DNA of 63,820 nucleotides, filler included, from Platydemus manokwari (Eukaryota): assembly GCA_037951405.1 (NCBI GenBank). It is 4 parts of 4 records of this genome, joined end to end, with 100 filler letters (N's around TTAATTAATTAA, not from the genome) between each part and the next. Parts side by side here need not be neighbours in the genome. Positions count along the whole stretch, not along the records: positions 11,679 to 24,369 come from JBBMOY010011127.1; positions 24,470 to 39,927 come from JBBMOY011286983.1; 2 more parts are not named here. The stretch is one strand, 5' to 3'. A model generated the notes under the pieces. That model worked only from the letters and a program-made list of their open reading frames with translations, made no database searches and was not told the DNA's origin. Position numbers and translations under genes: made by a program. Positions 14,801 to 27,407 of this stretch are shown in pieces (positions within the stretch are counted from its first letter, which is position 1; the number at the start of each line of letters is the position of its first letter).

Positions 14801-16375
14801 TTTTCTGTTCCAGTATTTGTATCGTTAACCTGTGGAATTAAAATATTGAAAGGACTAAAAATAAATTAAACATATCAAATTAAATTTAGAATTTTTGGTG
14901 GGCATTTTCAATTTCTATTTTATTGTTGAAATAATTAGATTTATGTGAAGATTTAAAACAGAAGAGTTGGAAATTTGACTTGTTGCACCTTTTAAAATCA
15001 TTTTTCAATACCATACTTACTCATACGCAAAAACAAGATCCTTGGATAGCCAATCAAAAACCAAGAAACCAAAACATTTTATTGGATTGTTAGATGCATG
15101 AATAACATCTGGACAGGGACAGGCAAGCACTTTAGTGGGTCTATAGAAATTCTTTAATTTTTCCGTACAATGTTCAAAAACCATATAATCAATGCTTTAA
15201 CATACGAAATCAACTCATTTCTTGGTGAAAAATTGCAGCTCTACCACAACTCATCATCGCCAACTCAAAATATCGAAAATCAAAGCCAATTACTGTGGCG
15301 ACACAAGTATAGAATGCTGGCGATAAATAATGGAATGAAGAAAAGCATTTGCTCAAAACACAAAACTTTCAATAAAACGGCCATATTCAATTTTCAATAA
15401 CCCAATGTGAGGCATTCTTTCACAGCTTCAAGAAGATCCATGTTAATAGGAAATAAATATTCAAATCGACAAAAATCTCTACCCCTTTAGATACAAAAAT
15501 TAACCGAATACACCCATCACTTTTGCATGTGCTCAATATCCTTTCGTTAGTACGAATCTCAACAATTAATATTAACCTAGGTTATAGGATTGTTTTTTGA
15601 ATGTAGCGGATTTTATTTTAATTGAGTGTTATTCAATTTGAATACTATTTTTAAAATGGCGGATGTCGTTATATTTGATTAGAACTTTGTATCTGATGGC
15701 TATGGGTAATATATAATTAGAGTCAAGATTCGTACCAAGCACTTGTAAATATTTATATAATAAAGAATATCGATTAAATTTGATCAGAAAAAATAAATTA
15801 AATTTTCAATTCTTAATATTAAAAATATTTTGTAACAAACCGAAAAAACCTTTTATTTCTAATCTTTATACATTACAAAAATAATACCTTTATTTTATCA
15901 TTAGCTTCCAATAAATTAGCAGTATTTGTCGAGTTTATACTTGAAAATAGTTTCAAATTTTCGGATTGCTGATTCGTATTAATTCTTTTCAAAATCATTC
16001 CACTATTAATAATCCATTAAGTTGGATCTTTAAAAAGACATCATACTTTTGACATTTCAGTTTGGGTATACTCAATAAGCGTCTAACTGCAATGATTTCA
16101 TCACTTATTGTCTTCAAATGATTTTCATTTCCAGTTTGTTTAATCTTAAAAGTAAATTTTAAATTTTATTAAAAATATTTAATAACCAAATCATCTTGCG
16201 AAATTTTTAGACCTTCCAAATCACCTAATTTGAGCTGATATTTTGGAATTTCAATCTTATCGAGCCTTTCCAATTCATTAACTTGTAACTTTAAATTAGA
16301 GACTTTTATTGAGTCTTTTCTGACCTTATTCGATACAGAACGTCTTCTATTAATCATATTATATTGATAAATCAT
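11803..16375 (-). CDS. MYCBPAP: MYCBP-associated protein-like (cilia/sperm), 3' end lost at the gap
   Basis: Approximate exons 16375-16187, 16144-16047, 16002-15888, 15140-15021, 14854-14830, 14766-14622, 14576-14454, 14408-14271, 14224-13818, 11872-11803; the 15888/15140 junction phase is unresolved. Segments ALKNWKIRMEERRRLK..LLMN, NIEFVNQGRCIIEYSWK and KFFFKINKG resemble conserved MYCBPAP blocks (recognised from memory). Confidence 0.6.
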
Positions 16376-16688
16376 TTGAGTGATAGTAAATAACCATATA
16401 GAAACGTAAATGTCATAGCATATTTTTCAACTCTTCACTGAGTGACCTATAAAGTTTATGGAGTTAATTCGAAATTATTAATATGAGAAACAATATATGC
16501 TTTATATCCGAATAATAAAAATATTATTTCGTTATCATTTATAGTATTAAATATTTTCGAATGTTTTATTTTTGTTCATTAATAAAATCAAATTAATTTT
16601 TCAACCAATTTGCAAAAACTTAATGGATTTTATGACATCTTTAAATGCTTCAATTTTTATTAAATAAACGGTCTAATTTAATCTTTTA

Positions 16689-17685
16689 ATGATTTTTAAA
16701 TTTGTTAAGTTCCTTAGAAATGACTTAACTAGAATTCCTAAAAGAAATTTTAGTGACATTTCTCAATATTTGCAAACTGTTTCAGCATCTGGGAAAGAAG
16801 TTGTATATGATATTAATCATCCATCTAAAATTGCCTTTATTGGCCTAAATCGACCTAAGGCTAAAAATGCATTAGGACGAATTTTAGTTGATGAGTTTAA
16901 GTCTGCAATACTAACCTTACATGAAACAAAAGAAATGCGTTGTGTAGTGATCGGTAGTTTAGTAAGTATGATAACATTACTTGAATTCATAAGAATTTGT
17001 TATAAAAGGTTCCTAATATATTTTGTGCTGGAGCAGACCTTAAAGAAAGAAAACAAATGTCCGAAGATGATGTGGAAAATTTTGTCAAATCTGCTCGGAA
17101 TTTATTTCAATCTGTAGCTGAGGTCCCAATACCGACAATATGTGCAATTGACGGCCCAGCGTTGGGTGGTGGATTAGAATTGGCATTAGCTTGTGATTTA
17201 CGATATGCATCTGATGAAACATATATGGGGTTAGTAGAGACTCGATTAGCTATAATTCCGGGTGCTGGAGGAACACAACGTCTTCCGAGATTGGTTGGAG
17301 TGGCAAAGTTGTTTTTTTGCACAATTTCCACATCTCATATTAGTTGAGATTCAACAGAGCGAAGGAATTGATTTTCACAGGAAAAACCGTTTCTGGCACA
17401 GAGGCCATGCAAATCGGAATTGTCAATGCATGTGTAAAACAAAATGCTAATGGCAACGCAGCTCTGTTGCATTGCTTCAGTGTCGCAGAAATGATTGCTA
17501 ATAACGGACCGATTGGGGTCAGAATGGCCAAAGCAGCAATTGATGTCGGTATAAAATCGGGATCGGTGAAAGATGGCCTCCTAGCAGAAGAGAAATCGTA
17601 TGCCAACATTATTCCAACCACTGATCGATTGGAGGGATTGAAAGCCTTCCAGGAAAAGCGAAAACCGAAATATGTTGGAAAATAA
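16689..17685 (+). CDS. AUH: Methylglutaconyl-CoA hydratase, mitochondrial (enoyl-CoA hydratase superfamily)
   Basis: Exons 16689-16961, 17009-17307, 17358-17685 (introns 47 and 50 nt). Basic N-terminal presequence; motifs [66 protein letters not shown]. Confidence 0.9.
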
Positions 17686-18589
17686 AGAAAAATTGTCTTT
17701 TGTTTAATTTTAAGATGTTTTTATCTAAAAGTGCAAATTTTTTGTGATTATTTTTTATATGGAATTTTATTGGCTGGAATTATTAATCTTATTTTATTAT
17801 TTTTTTCACTTTTTTATTCATTTTTGGTCATTTACTTTTAATAGGAATTTATATTGTGTAGATCATAAATTTAAATTTAGTGCTCAATTTATTGGTTGGT
17901 TTTTATTGGTCAATTCTTTTTTAAACAAATTTTGTGTTTATATGAAGTTTATTTAATTGAAGTGCCTCGATTTTCAAATTAATTTATTGCGAATTGATTA
18001 GTTACACTATCTAGATGAAACGATTATTTAAAATTTAATTTTGCGGCTTTTTAATTTGGTATAAAAACTTTACTTCGACATTAAACAGGTTCATTTATCA
18101 TTTTGTAAATTTTTATAATTTGAACTTGATTGTTTTTATTGTCTAGAATTTTGAAGATTATTTTCAATGGATCTTTTTGTTTAACTTCAATATCAGCGTG
18201 TTTTATTCTTCGCTATCAAATTAAACTTGTCGTAAAGTCTCTACTTGTGTTAACAATCATTTACAATTATTATAAATGTAGTCGTATTTATACGTAAATA
18301 GCTTTCCAAACAATTCACTATGAGAATTAGAAAATATAACATTTTGTTTTTCTTTTACTATCATAATCAATTCCTTTGATGCTTTCGTACTTTTCCAAAC
18401 CATAGTTGTAAAAAAAATCATTACTTTTATATCGGTTTTTTAAAAAATTAATATATTTTGTTCTTAATTTCAACCGAAATGCACATTAATCATATTGGGA
18501 GGGTATATAAGAATATAATTTAACTTTCATTTCGACTCTATTTTTACTCACCAATCCTGATTTTTTTTATAAATCTGATAGAATGCATG

Positions 18590-19050
18590 TTGTGTAAATA
18601 AAAAATCATGAGATTATTTACTAATTATAATTTGAATATTCCAGTAAATGTAGAGTTTGTGATGCTATTGACCATCTCCATTCAGTACTATATAGATCCT
18701 GTACAATAATAATATATTCAACTTTATGGAAAATTTGTATAATTTATGACTTTTATCATTTTCATTATTATTTTGTAGATTTTATTTTAGATCTAAATTT
18801 GCAGAATGCTAAAAGATTTCGTGATCAATTTTCATCGTACCTTGGAGAATGGTTAAATTTTGCCAACATATTATAATTATTTACAACTTATTCACTAAAA
18901 CATTTAACATAGGAAACTTGACTCGTACTTGAGATTATTCCCTACAAATATAACAAACGTTTTTTCACCATCACCAGTCTCCATGAGACACCCGGGAAAA
19001 CAAAATATATTGTAAAATATGATGTTGATGAAAAGTTGACAATAATAACA
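18590..19050 (-). mobile_element. Highly decayed LTR-retrotransposon integrase fragment
   Basis: Minus-strand ...PGCLMETGDGEKTFVIFVGNNLKY resembles the GPLPET.xGNKYILV..D..TK integrase block; many stops. Confidence 0.3.
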
Positions 19051-20560
19051 ATTTAATTTTTAAAAAATGATTATGAATGGTTTTGTCATCAATGAAGGAA
19101 TAGGTAAATTAATAAGTCATTTAAAATAAGAATTTAGATTTATGTGCTCACATCAATGAATAAAAATAAATTTAAAAAATCTATTGAGGTGTGGCCACAG
19201 TAAATAACACCGATTTATATTTTATTATTAGTTAATAAATACACTACTAGCTATTATAAATAGATTACCATTATTTTTTAATTTTAATATATTTTTGAAG
19301 CTTTAAATTAGAAAATATTTTCGAATATTATTCCGATATTAATTTTTATAACAGATTCATGATCTACAATATTTTCTCATTTCCAACAGCAGTAAAAAGT
19401 TTCCACTTAATATTCATTGAAGTTCTAATAAATCTTCCAGTAAAAACAACTTTTCCTTCATTCTCTGTATAATGTAAAATGATATCATTATTCTCACAAA
19501 ACTATTTCAAAAGTTTACACCTAATAGCAAGTATTTTATCAAACTAAATATATTTAAAAATTCCTTGACCGGTCAAAAATAATTTTTAAATGCTTCAGCC
19601 GAAGTTTCTTGGTTTAAATTCTTCAAAGGAATACACCAACCATATCTTACGGACAAATAAATAACAGCTAAGTAGACTTTTTTGCAATAATTTGCACTGC
19701 ATGTTATCCTTGCCAAATATTTTTGCTTTTAAAAACTTCTTAGGTTTGTCCAAAGAGTCATTGTCTCGTAATTTGTAACTTTGTTTGATCCTCGTCATGA
19801 AGATCTATGTTGTTAATTTCATCGTCTTCATCTAGTTTCTCAAAAGATGTTCTTTCATATAATTTTTAATTTGCCAAGTCTTTAGCTTTTCAAACAAATT
19901 GTCTCGAAATGAAGATTTTGCTTGACTTAGACCTTCACTAATTACTATTTTTCTTTCACAATTCGTTTAATTTAAAATCTTTCTAATTTTTCTCTAAATA
20001 CTATTTTCAGAACTTTTATCAAAAAGAATAACAGATTTTATATCATCGATTTAAAAATGGATTGTCAAAAGAAATCATTATATAAATATTTGAAAAACAA
20101 GATCATTTTGATAAAGATATTACTATTAGAGAAATTTGTGAAATGTGTAATATATCGAAAGAAGTTCCTTATATAACAATTACTTCTAAATTTAATGCAA
20201 TTTAGAATCCTTTTTATTTAAATGCAACAGAAAAAGATCAGGAAATAATATCAACTTAAAGTAATATCAAGATTCATTATATATAAGCATAACAGTCTTC
20301 ACGACAGGGTCGCGCAAGTCCTCATATCGAATTTTAAATTGAATTATTAGGATTGATATATCTTTTATTCAGGAACGAGATTTCTTCTTTTGAAGTTTTC
20401 TCATTCGCTTCGGAACATTATCGAGTAGCTCTGTTATATATTTGTTGTTTTAGCTAGCCACTACTGGAGAGTCAGCACTCGATCTCATCAGACATTCTTT
20501 TTCTTCTTTGGTCCATATGGGTCTTGTATGTCGCATAGGCATCTTTGGGCAATGTCGTTA

Positions 20561-22204
20561 TTAGAAAAACCGAGATAAAAGTGATTTGCTTATTATCGAG
20601 TCCGATATTCGATAGGACTTTGTATTATGGTAGTTCCAAGGCCAAAATATACTAATGCAAATGACATTAAGGTGAGTTTCGAATCTCGATATCTTGCAGA
20701 TATCTTTGGTAATGGTTCTGTATTTCTGGTGATTGAGGAATCTATGACACTGGAAATTGTCGATCTTATCAAAAGGAATTTTGAGGTCGACGATGTAGAC
20801 ATGATGTTTGTTTTTGTTTCGGTTCACCAAGTTAACTCACAGATTACGATGGTGTTGTATTGATGCCCGTGTCGAAGCCTTGTGTCTGTTGATAATTTCC
20901 TAAATTATCTAGGATTATCTCGAGCCTTTTTGATGCTAGTCCTGGAAGAGCCAGGTAGTGAATAAAAATATGAGCATCAGTTTCTTGTTCTATGTTCCAG
21001 CCTCGTTAGGGCGTTTATTTGTTTGCTTTGTTAAAGTATAGTGTGTTATTGAACAACAAGAGGTTATTACTCACGTGATGGGTGTTAGCCGCTAATAATT
21101 TAAAAACTACACATAATAAACGAAATAAAAAGACACGACACCAAAAATCTATTTAAATACAAATATTTAAACAAATAAATTTAATTTTATACAAATATTA
21201 TTTTAAATAAAATTAGAATTAAATTAGAATTAAATTTGAATAAAAAATTTAATTCATTTAAAATTTCTTACAGTGCCTAAATATCCAAAGTTTTTAATGT
21301 CTCATGAGATAGATGGGATGAGGAAAAACAGTGGAACAACCGTCCTTGATTTTTATTGTTGAGCAATGGTTGAAGAAAGACATGGATACCGAATCTTGAA
21401 GAATATCTTGGACTTTGTGGCGCCTGCCTTTTGAGATAAAGTATGTCTTGTTAGGTATTACAGTGACTTTTAGTTGGATTTAATCACTATGATGATTGAA
21501 TTTACAATAAATTTTAAGCTTCCTGGGTTTCCTGGCAGCAAGTCTAGTCTTGGTCCACCAAATTGTGGAATTGATTTTTGTCTGATATCCTGAGTAAAAA
21601 TCAGTGGCTTCCTTGAGTTTGTAGTTGATCAGATTGGTTAAGTGATTTATAAAAAATGAACTGAATTGATGGTATCAACTTGTTAAGAATCTGAAGACGT
21701 AAACAATGCTCTGAATACAGTATTCCATTAGTGAAGTACTTATGCAGATTCCCCCTAGTTTGGGTGGAGAGTAGATAAAGTAATTGTTGCTGATTTTTCA
21801 GCCTTGCAGCTTCAGTACTTTTTGAGAGCTTGATCAGATCTCTTTGTGGAAGGATTGGACCAGTTCGTTGTTTTCAATATTGATCAGAGTGCGAGAATCT
21901 GGTTTAGTAGTTTCAACTTGTTGAATTCTGAAGTGGAACAGAATCCTTGAGTGCATTAAAATGCTGTATGCCTGAAACATTTGAGAGAGGTGCAGTCGAG
22001 GCTACGTAATGGTTTCGAAGTCCGATATGATCGATTGAAATATGTTGGTCACCCGTCTTCGTTTTGCAATGCCGAATGGTACTCCAAAGTACTTTTAGAT
22101 GTAATTGCTGTCAATAACGGGAACCGATTCATTGAATATTGAAAGATCAATTCAGCTCATTGAATTTTTTGAATAGTAACCAAACTTTTGAACATTGTTT
22201 GTAT
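20561..22204 (-). mobile_element. Decayed non-LTR retrotransposon with restriction-like endonuclease (R2/NeSL-like)
   Basis: Minus-strand order: RT end (KYFGVPF), thumb (YFIYSPPKLGGI), QG block, decayed CCHC knuckle (ETDAHIFIH), RLE domain (VYIVDLKIPFD...KY...W in ORF 20561-20830). Frameshifts and stops throughout; interrupted at about 21069-21272. Confidence 0.7.
21069..21272 (+). repeat. Short LTR-like repeat inserted in the LINE; related copy at about 38040-38215 on the minus strand
   Basis: Shared blocks gccg(c/t)ta...aaacgaa..aaaagacacga...tttaaacaaat...tttatacaaa; this copy ends in TTACA and the other begins TGTCA. Confidence 0.45.
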
Positions 22205-23158
22205 TGCCATGATAAAATGCCCACACAGGCTGTAAGCTTTATAATATAATATATAATGATAATAAATAATGATAATAATATAAACCTACATTAATGAAAA
22301 TATAGGCCTGTGGGGGAAATTATATTAATAATAACCAGAGAACTTTTGAAAAATGATTATTAATCCACATTACCATGGCATTCATAAGCATAGTCATAGA
22401 AATTTAAATTTAAATTACCATGACACCGACGGATGTTGCCAAGGAAAACAACAAATTAAATATAAAATTAATCATACGCCCACATTCAAAAACACTATAA
22501 ATAGTGAATTAAAATTCAGTATTTTAGCCACAAAATTTAACTAATTCCAAACGGATTACAGTTCACGCGCGATTTCAAATTCTTTATTCGGTGAACCAGA
22601 CTTGCGACGTGATAATCATTTACTTTAAAACGAATTTCAGTTTCAGTGCGACTTCAAATTCAATATTTGGTGAACCAGACATCGCAATCTGATATTTATC
22701 TATGTTATATGGTCATTTCATAATGGTAATTTTTAATTGTTATACTAATCATCTGATATCATTCTCCGAAAGGAGATTTGTTGTCATTCGTAACTGAATT
22801 TGTGAGTTCTGAAATCATACTTCCTCGGTTTTCATACCGCAGTGGGGCGCCACTTAGTTTTCTCCGGCGGTTTTTCATTACTGATAAAACTCTTCAGGCC
22901 ACGACAAGTTTCTCTTTCTAAAATTTATTACATAACACATTTGTCAATTATTATTATAATAAAGTATTATATCATATTTTTATCGTTATTGATATTCACA
23001 TATATTATCTACACGCAACCTATTAATCTGTGAAGTTTCAGATATTAGTGAAAACATCAATCTCTAACTCACGTTATCTCATGTAATAATATAGAAAATT
23101 ATCGATTGAAAAATCGTTGATTTATTATTAATTTATCACCAAATAACTCAACCAAACA
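22205..23158 (+). mobile_element. Isolated Ty3/Gypsy LTR, same family as 34386-35284
   Basis: TG...CA ends; alignable along its whole length to the 3' LTR at 34386-35284 but visibly diverged. No PBS follows and there is no clean TSD. Confidence 0.8.
22496..22522 (+). promoter_or_regulatory. LTR core promoter candidate (TATA box plus initiator)
   Basis: TATAAATA at 22496-22503 followed by Inr-like TCAGT at 22516-22520; ttcagtattt is conserved in the 3' LTR copy. Confidence 0.5.
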
Positions 23159-24254
23159 GGTTTACGTCAAAATGTTCCAGAATAATTTGTTTAAATGAAT
23201 CAATTTAATATTGTGTATGATGGCATTATAAAAAGCGTCTATTCTTGGCAAAATTATCAGTTGGGAGTCAAGTTTTTAGTTGATATTTTGTACCTGCCAG
23301 TTGGAAATCAGATTTTGGTTGATATTTTGTATTAGTGTATTGATTAATACACAAGAAAATATATTAATTGCCTTATATTTGGAGTCAGAGTTTCATTAAT
23401 TGTTTAGAACTATACAGCACTTCTCTACAGAACAATTTCAAGCAATTTAAACACAGATGATTAATCGTAGTCAAAGACACTTCAGAATCTCAATCCTCAA
23501 ATTCTCGATAAAACTCAGCCAAGATGCCCAATCCTTATTGATAGGTGGCCATAGGCGATTAACAATAATTATATTGTGACAATTTATTGGACAATTATTA
23601 TTTGGTTTTTGGAAAAACTCTTATCATTCAATTATTATCTGTTGACAATTATTACTGGTTATTTTTTAATTTGAAGAACTTTTATTATGAAAAAAATTTG
23701 GAAATTGTGAATCTGATATTTAATTATTTGATTTTTTTAACGATAAATTACATTGACAATATAATAAAATCTATAATCAAAATAATAATTAATATCTTAA
23801 ATAAAAAAATACGAATTGAAATTTCTTCAAGAGTTTTTCTTGTCAAACACCTCCATCACTAATCACAAACTTAAAAGTATTGACACTAAAACTCTCAATT
23901 CAAAATTAAACCACATAAGCAACAACTAAGATTGCTTCTGAGAAATCAAAACTACAAAATTCTACCGACAGGTTCACTCAGTCCAACTAATTTAATTTCA
24001 TGAGTAAATTTACATTTGTTGTTTACGTGATAATACCGGACGGGGGAAAATAACTAATTTAAACTATAATGCGAAGTTCAATCCAAATATATGCCATCTT
24101 TTTGAACTACACTTCGTCCAAAACCTTGATTTTAACCAGAGTTGCGTGCCATTAGTTTCCGCCATTGGTTGATCAATGTAACGACATAATTATTTATAAA
24201 CTATTACTATTGGCTTATTCTACAATTTTAGTGCTTATTGCACACAATATATGT

Positions 24255-24369
24255 ACCCTTGATTATGAAAGTGGTATAAGTCATATATTTCCTGTTTGGA
24301 GATATTAAGGGATTTGCATGTTAAAGAATTAAAAAATATTTGTGTATTATGGAATGAAATATTTTGACA
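24255..24369. mobile_element. End of a MITE of the 47231-47462 family, truncated by the gap
   Basis: Reverse complement of about 47348-47462, including the TIR CCCTTGATTATGAAAGTGGTATAAGTCAT. Confidence 0.75.
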
Positions 24370-24469
24370 NNNNNNNNNNNNNNNNNNNNNNNNNNNNNNN
24401 NNNNNNNNNNNNNTTAATTAATTAANNNNNNNNNNNNNNNNNNNNNNNNNNNNNNNNNNNNNNNNNNNN
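24370..24469. other. Assembly gap spacer
   Basis: N44-TTAATTAATTAA-N44. Confidence 0.97.
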
Positions 24470-25128
24470 TATAGATATATAATCTTTAAATCTTTCTTAT
24501 TTATCGTTAAATATCATTAAATATTAATAATTTGGATTAATTTTGGTTATATGGCTCTATTTTCACAAAAAGATCGAATTTTTTATGGTGCGTCTAAAAA
24601 TTTTAGCCGGGGTGTATAATTTAAAGGAATACAACGTTTCATATTTTTTATGTTCTTATGTAACTCAGAGTTGATATTTTGTTTGCTACTCATCAACCAT
24701 TTTGCTAAATGAATTGTCTGACACCAATGTAATGCTACTTGCTTTATGTTTATTTGAAATCAAATAATCTTTTTTGAAATAAAATTCAAATTTTTTAACC
24801 ACTTGCACTTTCGTGATAAACATGCAGTTCATGTTATTTATCCATGGAGACCAAATTCATATATTTCATCTGTCTTCGAACATTTAGTGAAAATAGAGAA
24901 AATAATTTTATCTAACGTAATTCTCTATGTAAAATATGATAACATAAATGTCTATTGGCTTTAATAGATAATTATGAAGATTTCAGTTCATATTTATTCA
25001 ATCTTACTGTTAGTGGTAGCTATCTCGTTTCAATTCAAATCAAATAAAACATTTTAAAACAAATTACAATCTTTCCCAGAGAGCTTCAATTGTTGTCAAT
25101 CTTAATTAGGAGAATAAAAAGTTACATA

Positions 25129-25348
25129 TGTTAAGTGGTCAAAATAAAATAAATAAATAAATAAACTACCTTTTGTAGAAAAATTAGTTCTACTTTGGCT
25201 ATCCACATGACTCATCAGTATCCCGGTTCAGAGATATATAAAACGATCTCTCGGAACCTTTAAGAACGATAGGTGCGACGATGACGATGGTGATTTTATG
25301 ATACGGATAGTATCCTATTTTGGCCTTCCATGGACATCATCAGAAACT
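25129..25348 (-). ncRNA. Repeat copy 1 with two tandem degenerate hammerhead-ribozyme motifs
   Basis: Minus strand CTGATGA-TGTCC-atgga-AGGCC-AAAA-TAGgataCTA-TC (core 25343-25337) and CTGATGA-GTCAT-gtgga-TAGCC-AAAG-TAGaaCTA (core 25218-25212). Homologous to 53709-53935. Confidence 0.6.
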
Positions 25349-25429
25349 TAACTAATTCTATAACGGGTTTCAGTTCAAGCGCTATCTCGAATCTAATATT
25401 CGGTGAACCAGACCGTGCAATATGATATT

Positions 25430-26267
25430 CCACGAGTTTATAGCAGACTATTTCCAACTGTCAGAAGTTTACGGAATAAGTCAGGGCAATATGATCAAAC
25501 TCTTACTTACTACCTAAAAGGTATGGCACGAGAAAAATATAATACTGTAATGACACAACTACATAAGAAACATTCCTGGAGTGAGTTTTGGAGAGTGTTC
25601 GGAAATCAGGTGTTACCAACCGATACATCGCACCTATTCAGACAAAGATTTAATAAACGCAAACAAGGTGCCTGTGAACGTGTGGGTGAATTCGCTCACC
25701 AACCCATTTTATTAGCAGAAAGAGTTTGTGGTGATCGCGCTAAATGGCAATAAGATACAATGAACAATGTGAAAAATCACTTATGTGAAGCTTTCCTTCC
25801 CCACATTTGCACAGTACTCAGTCTGCACATAATGATGAACTTGTTCAAAAAGCGAGACTCGTAGCACAGGGTGAAGGAGGGGGAGAAGTAATATGTGCTA
25901 TATACAACCAAAACAAAATAATACACATAAAGGCGAAAATGACATGAAACCAGAACTAAAAAATAACAATAAATCAAAATTAACATCCACCTGCCGTATC
26001 TGTAGTCACAAAAATCATACAGTTAGGGACTGCAGGACCACTACAGACGTGGTAGGAAAGCGAATTAAGTGTCAAAAATGTGGGCTACTCAATCATTACA
26101 GAAGTGAGTGCACTCGAACCAATCTGGAATGCGATAACTCAGCGTTCTGGGGAAGGCTCTGTCAATCAGTAAATGAACAAGTCAGTAATACAGAGAACTT
26201 CGAGGAAGTCTTCCCACCTCCCACAGAGACTCTGTCACCTCCATGGGGATCTCATCTCATCCGTTAA
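25430..26267 (+). pseudogene. Gypsy gag remnant
   Basis: Capsid-like RKQGACERVGEF block; zinc knuckles CRICSHKNHTVRDC and CQKCGLLNHYRSEC; stops and frameshifts. Confidence 0.82.
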
Positions 26268-27407
26268 GTCAGTGGTTAACAGAATCTGAGATCTACAATA
26301 CAGAATGGCCTACGGTCACCGATACCGAAGCGGCTACTTCTGTCAAAGATGCAAATACGGAAAACATAACCAGAGAATGGGTCTCAGCTATCAATACTGA
26401 GGTTCCGATTCATAATACAGACAGGGAAATTACACCCCTAAATTACACGGTTTAAATGGTACGACCACCGAGGATACGGAGATCAATAAACTCCCATCAG
26501 AAACTTCAAAAGATAACTCGATGGAATAAGCCATTTTATGCAGAAATCGGAGCCATATGAATACAGTCATGTTGGGCGAGAATCAGAGCATCATGGACAA
26601 AATCATGTCAGATAAAGCATAGGTTCAGGGGACCCAAGCCAAATCAATGACAAATGACGGGGTTTAAAACCCCACCACACAAACCGAGTCGGCTATAGCT
26701 GTCTCACTGCCACAGGAAATAATGACAAAAGGACGAGAAACCACCTACGCATTAAATACAGTGAACACATTCGTACTAGCAGAAAGGCATAAGATAAATC
26801 AGGTACCTCAGGAATTAGCCATTGAATTCAAGAAGGAAACTATTGATGAATAGAAAGTCAGAGATATGCTCAGCAAACATATTTTTGTCACATTATCAGG
26901 GGAATTGTTATGTCAAATGGCACCAATCCTGGTAACTCAACTGAGACCAGTCACCAATTATCGAACAGATGTACAACTTCTCATGCAAAACACGGGTTAT
27001 TTATTCGCGGAACAGAACCAGGCTTAAAGCTCAACGTGCTCATAAAAACCGATCACGAAGATCAACTCATTAAACAGGTGTCATGTCACATACGCATGAA
27101 AAAGATTCGTCATATCACCAAAACCGAATTAGGTCTAAGCGAACATATTGTTTTTATAGTGTAGGAAAATCCAATAGACGATGATGAATTCTTAATCGAC
27201 ATAGGCTGTCTACCAGACTACACTACAACCATAAAGGAACTCCAGGTACCTGTATTCGCAAATCAATGGCGACGCAGAACACTCGTTACAGACGAGAACA
27301 AGCAGGCCCAAACGTAGATACCTGTCACTACAACCGAAATTCCAGTTGATCTAGATGCAGAATTAAACACACCGTGTGTCACGCTCGAGGACATCACCAA
27401 CAATGAC

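Noticed and set aside
4856-17685. Non-canonical introns or frameshifting in ACSBG and AUH suggested by the broken ORF track
   Set aside because: Every break resolves as an in-phase GT-AG intron.
22555-22700. Spaced direct repeats as a CRISPR-like array
   Set aside because: Two degenerate ~90-bp units internal to an LTR in a eukaryote; no cas genes.
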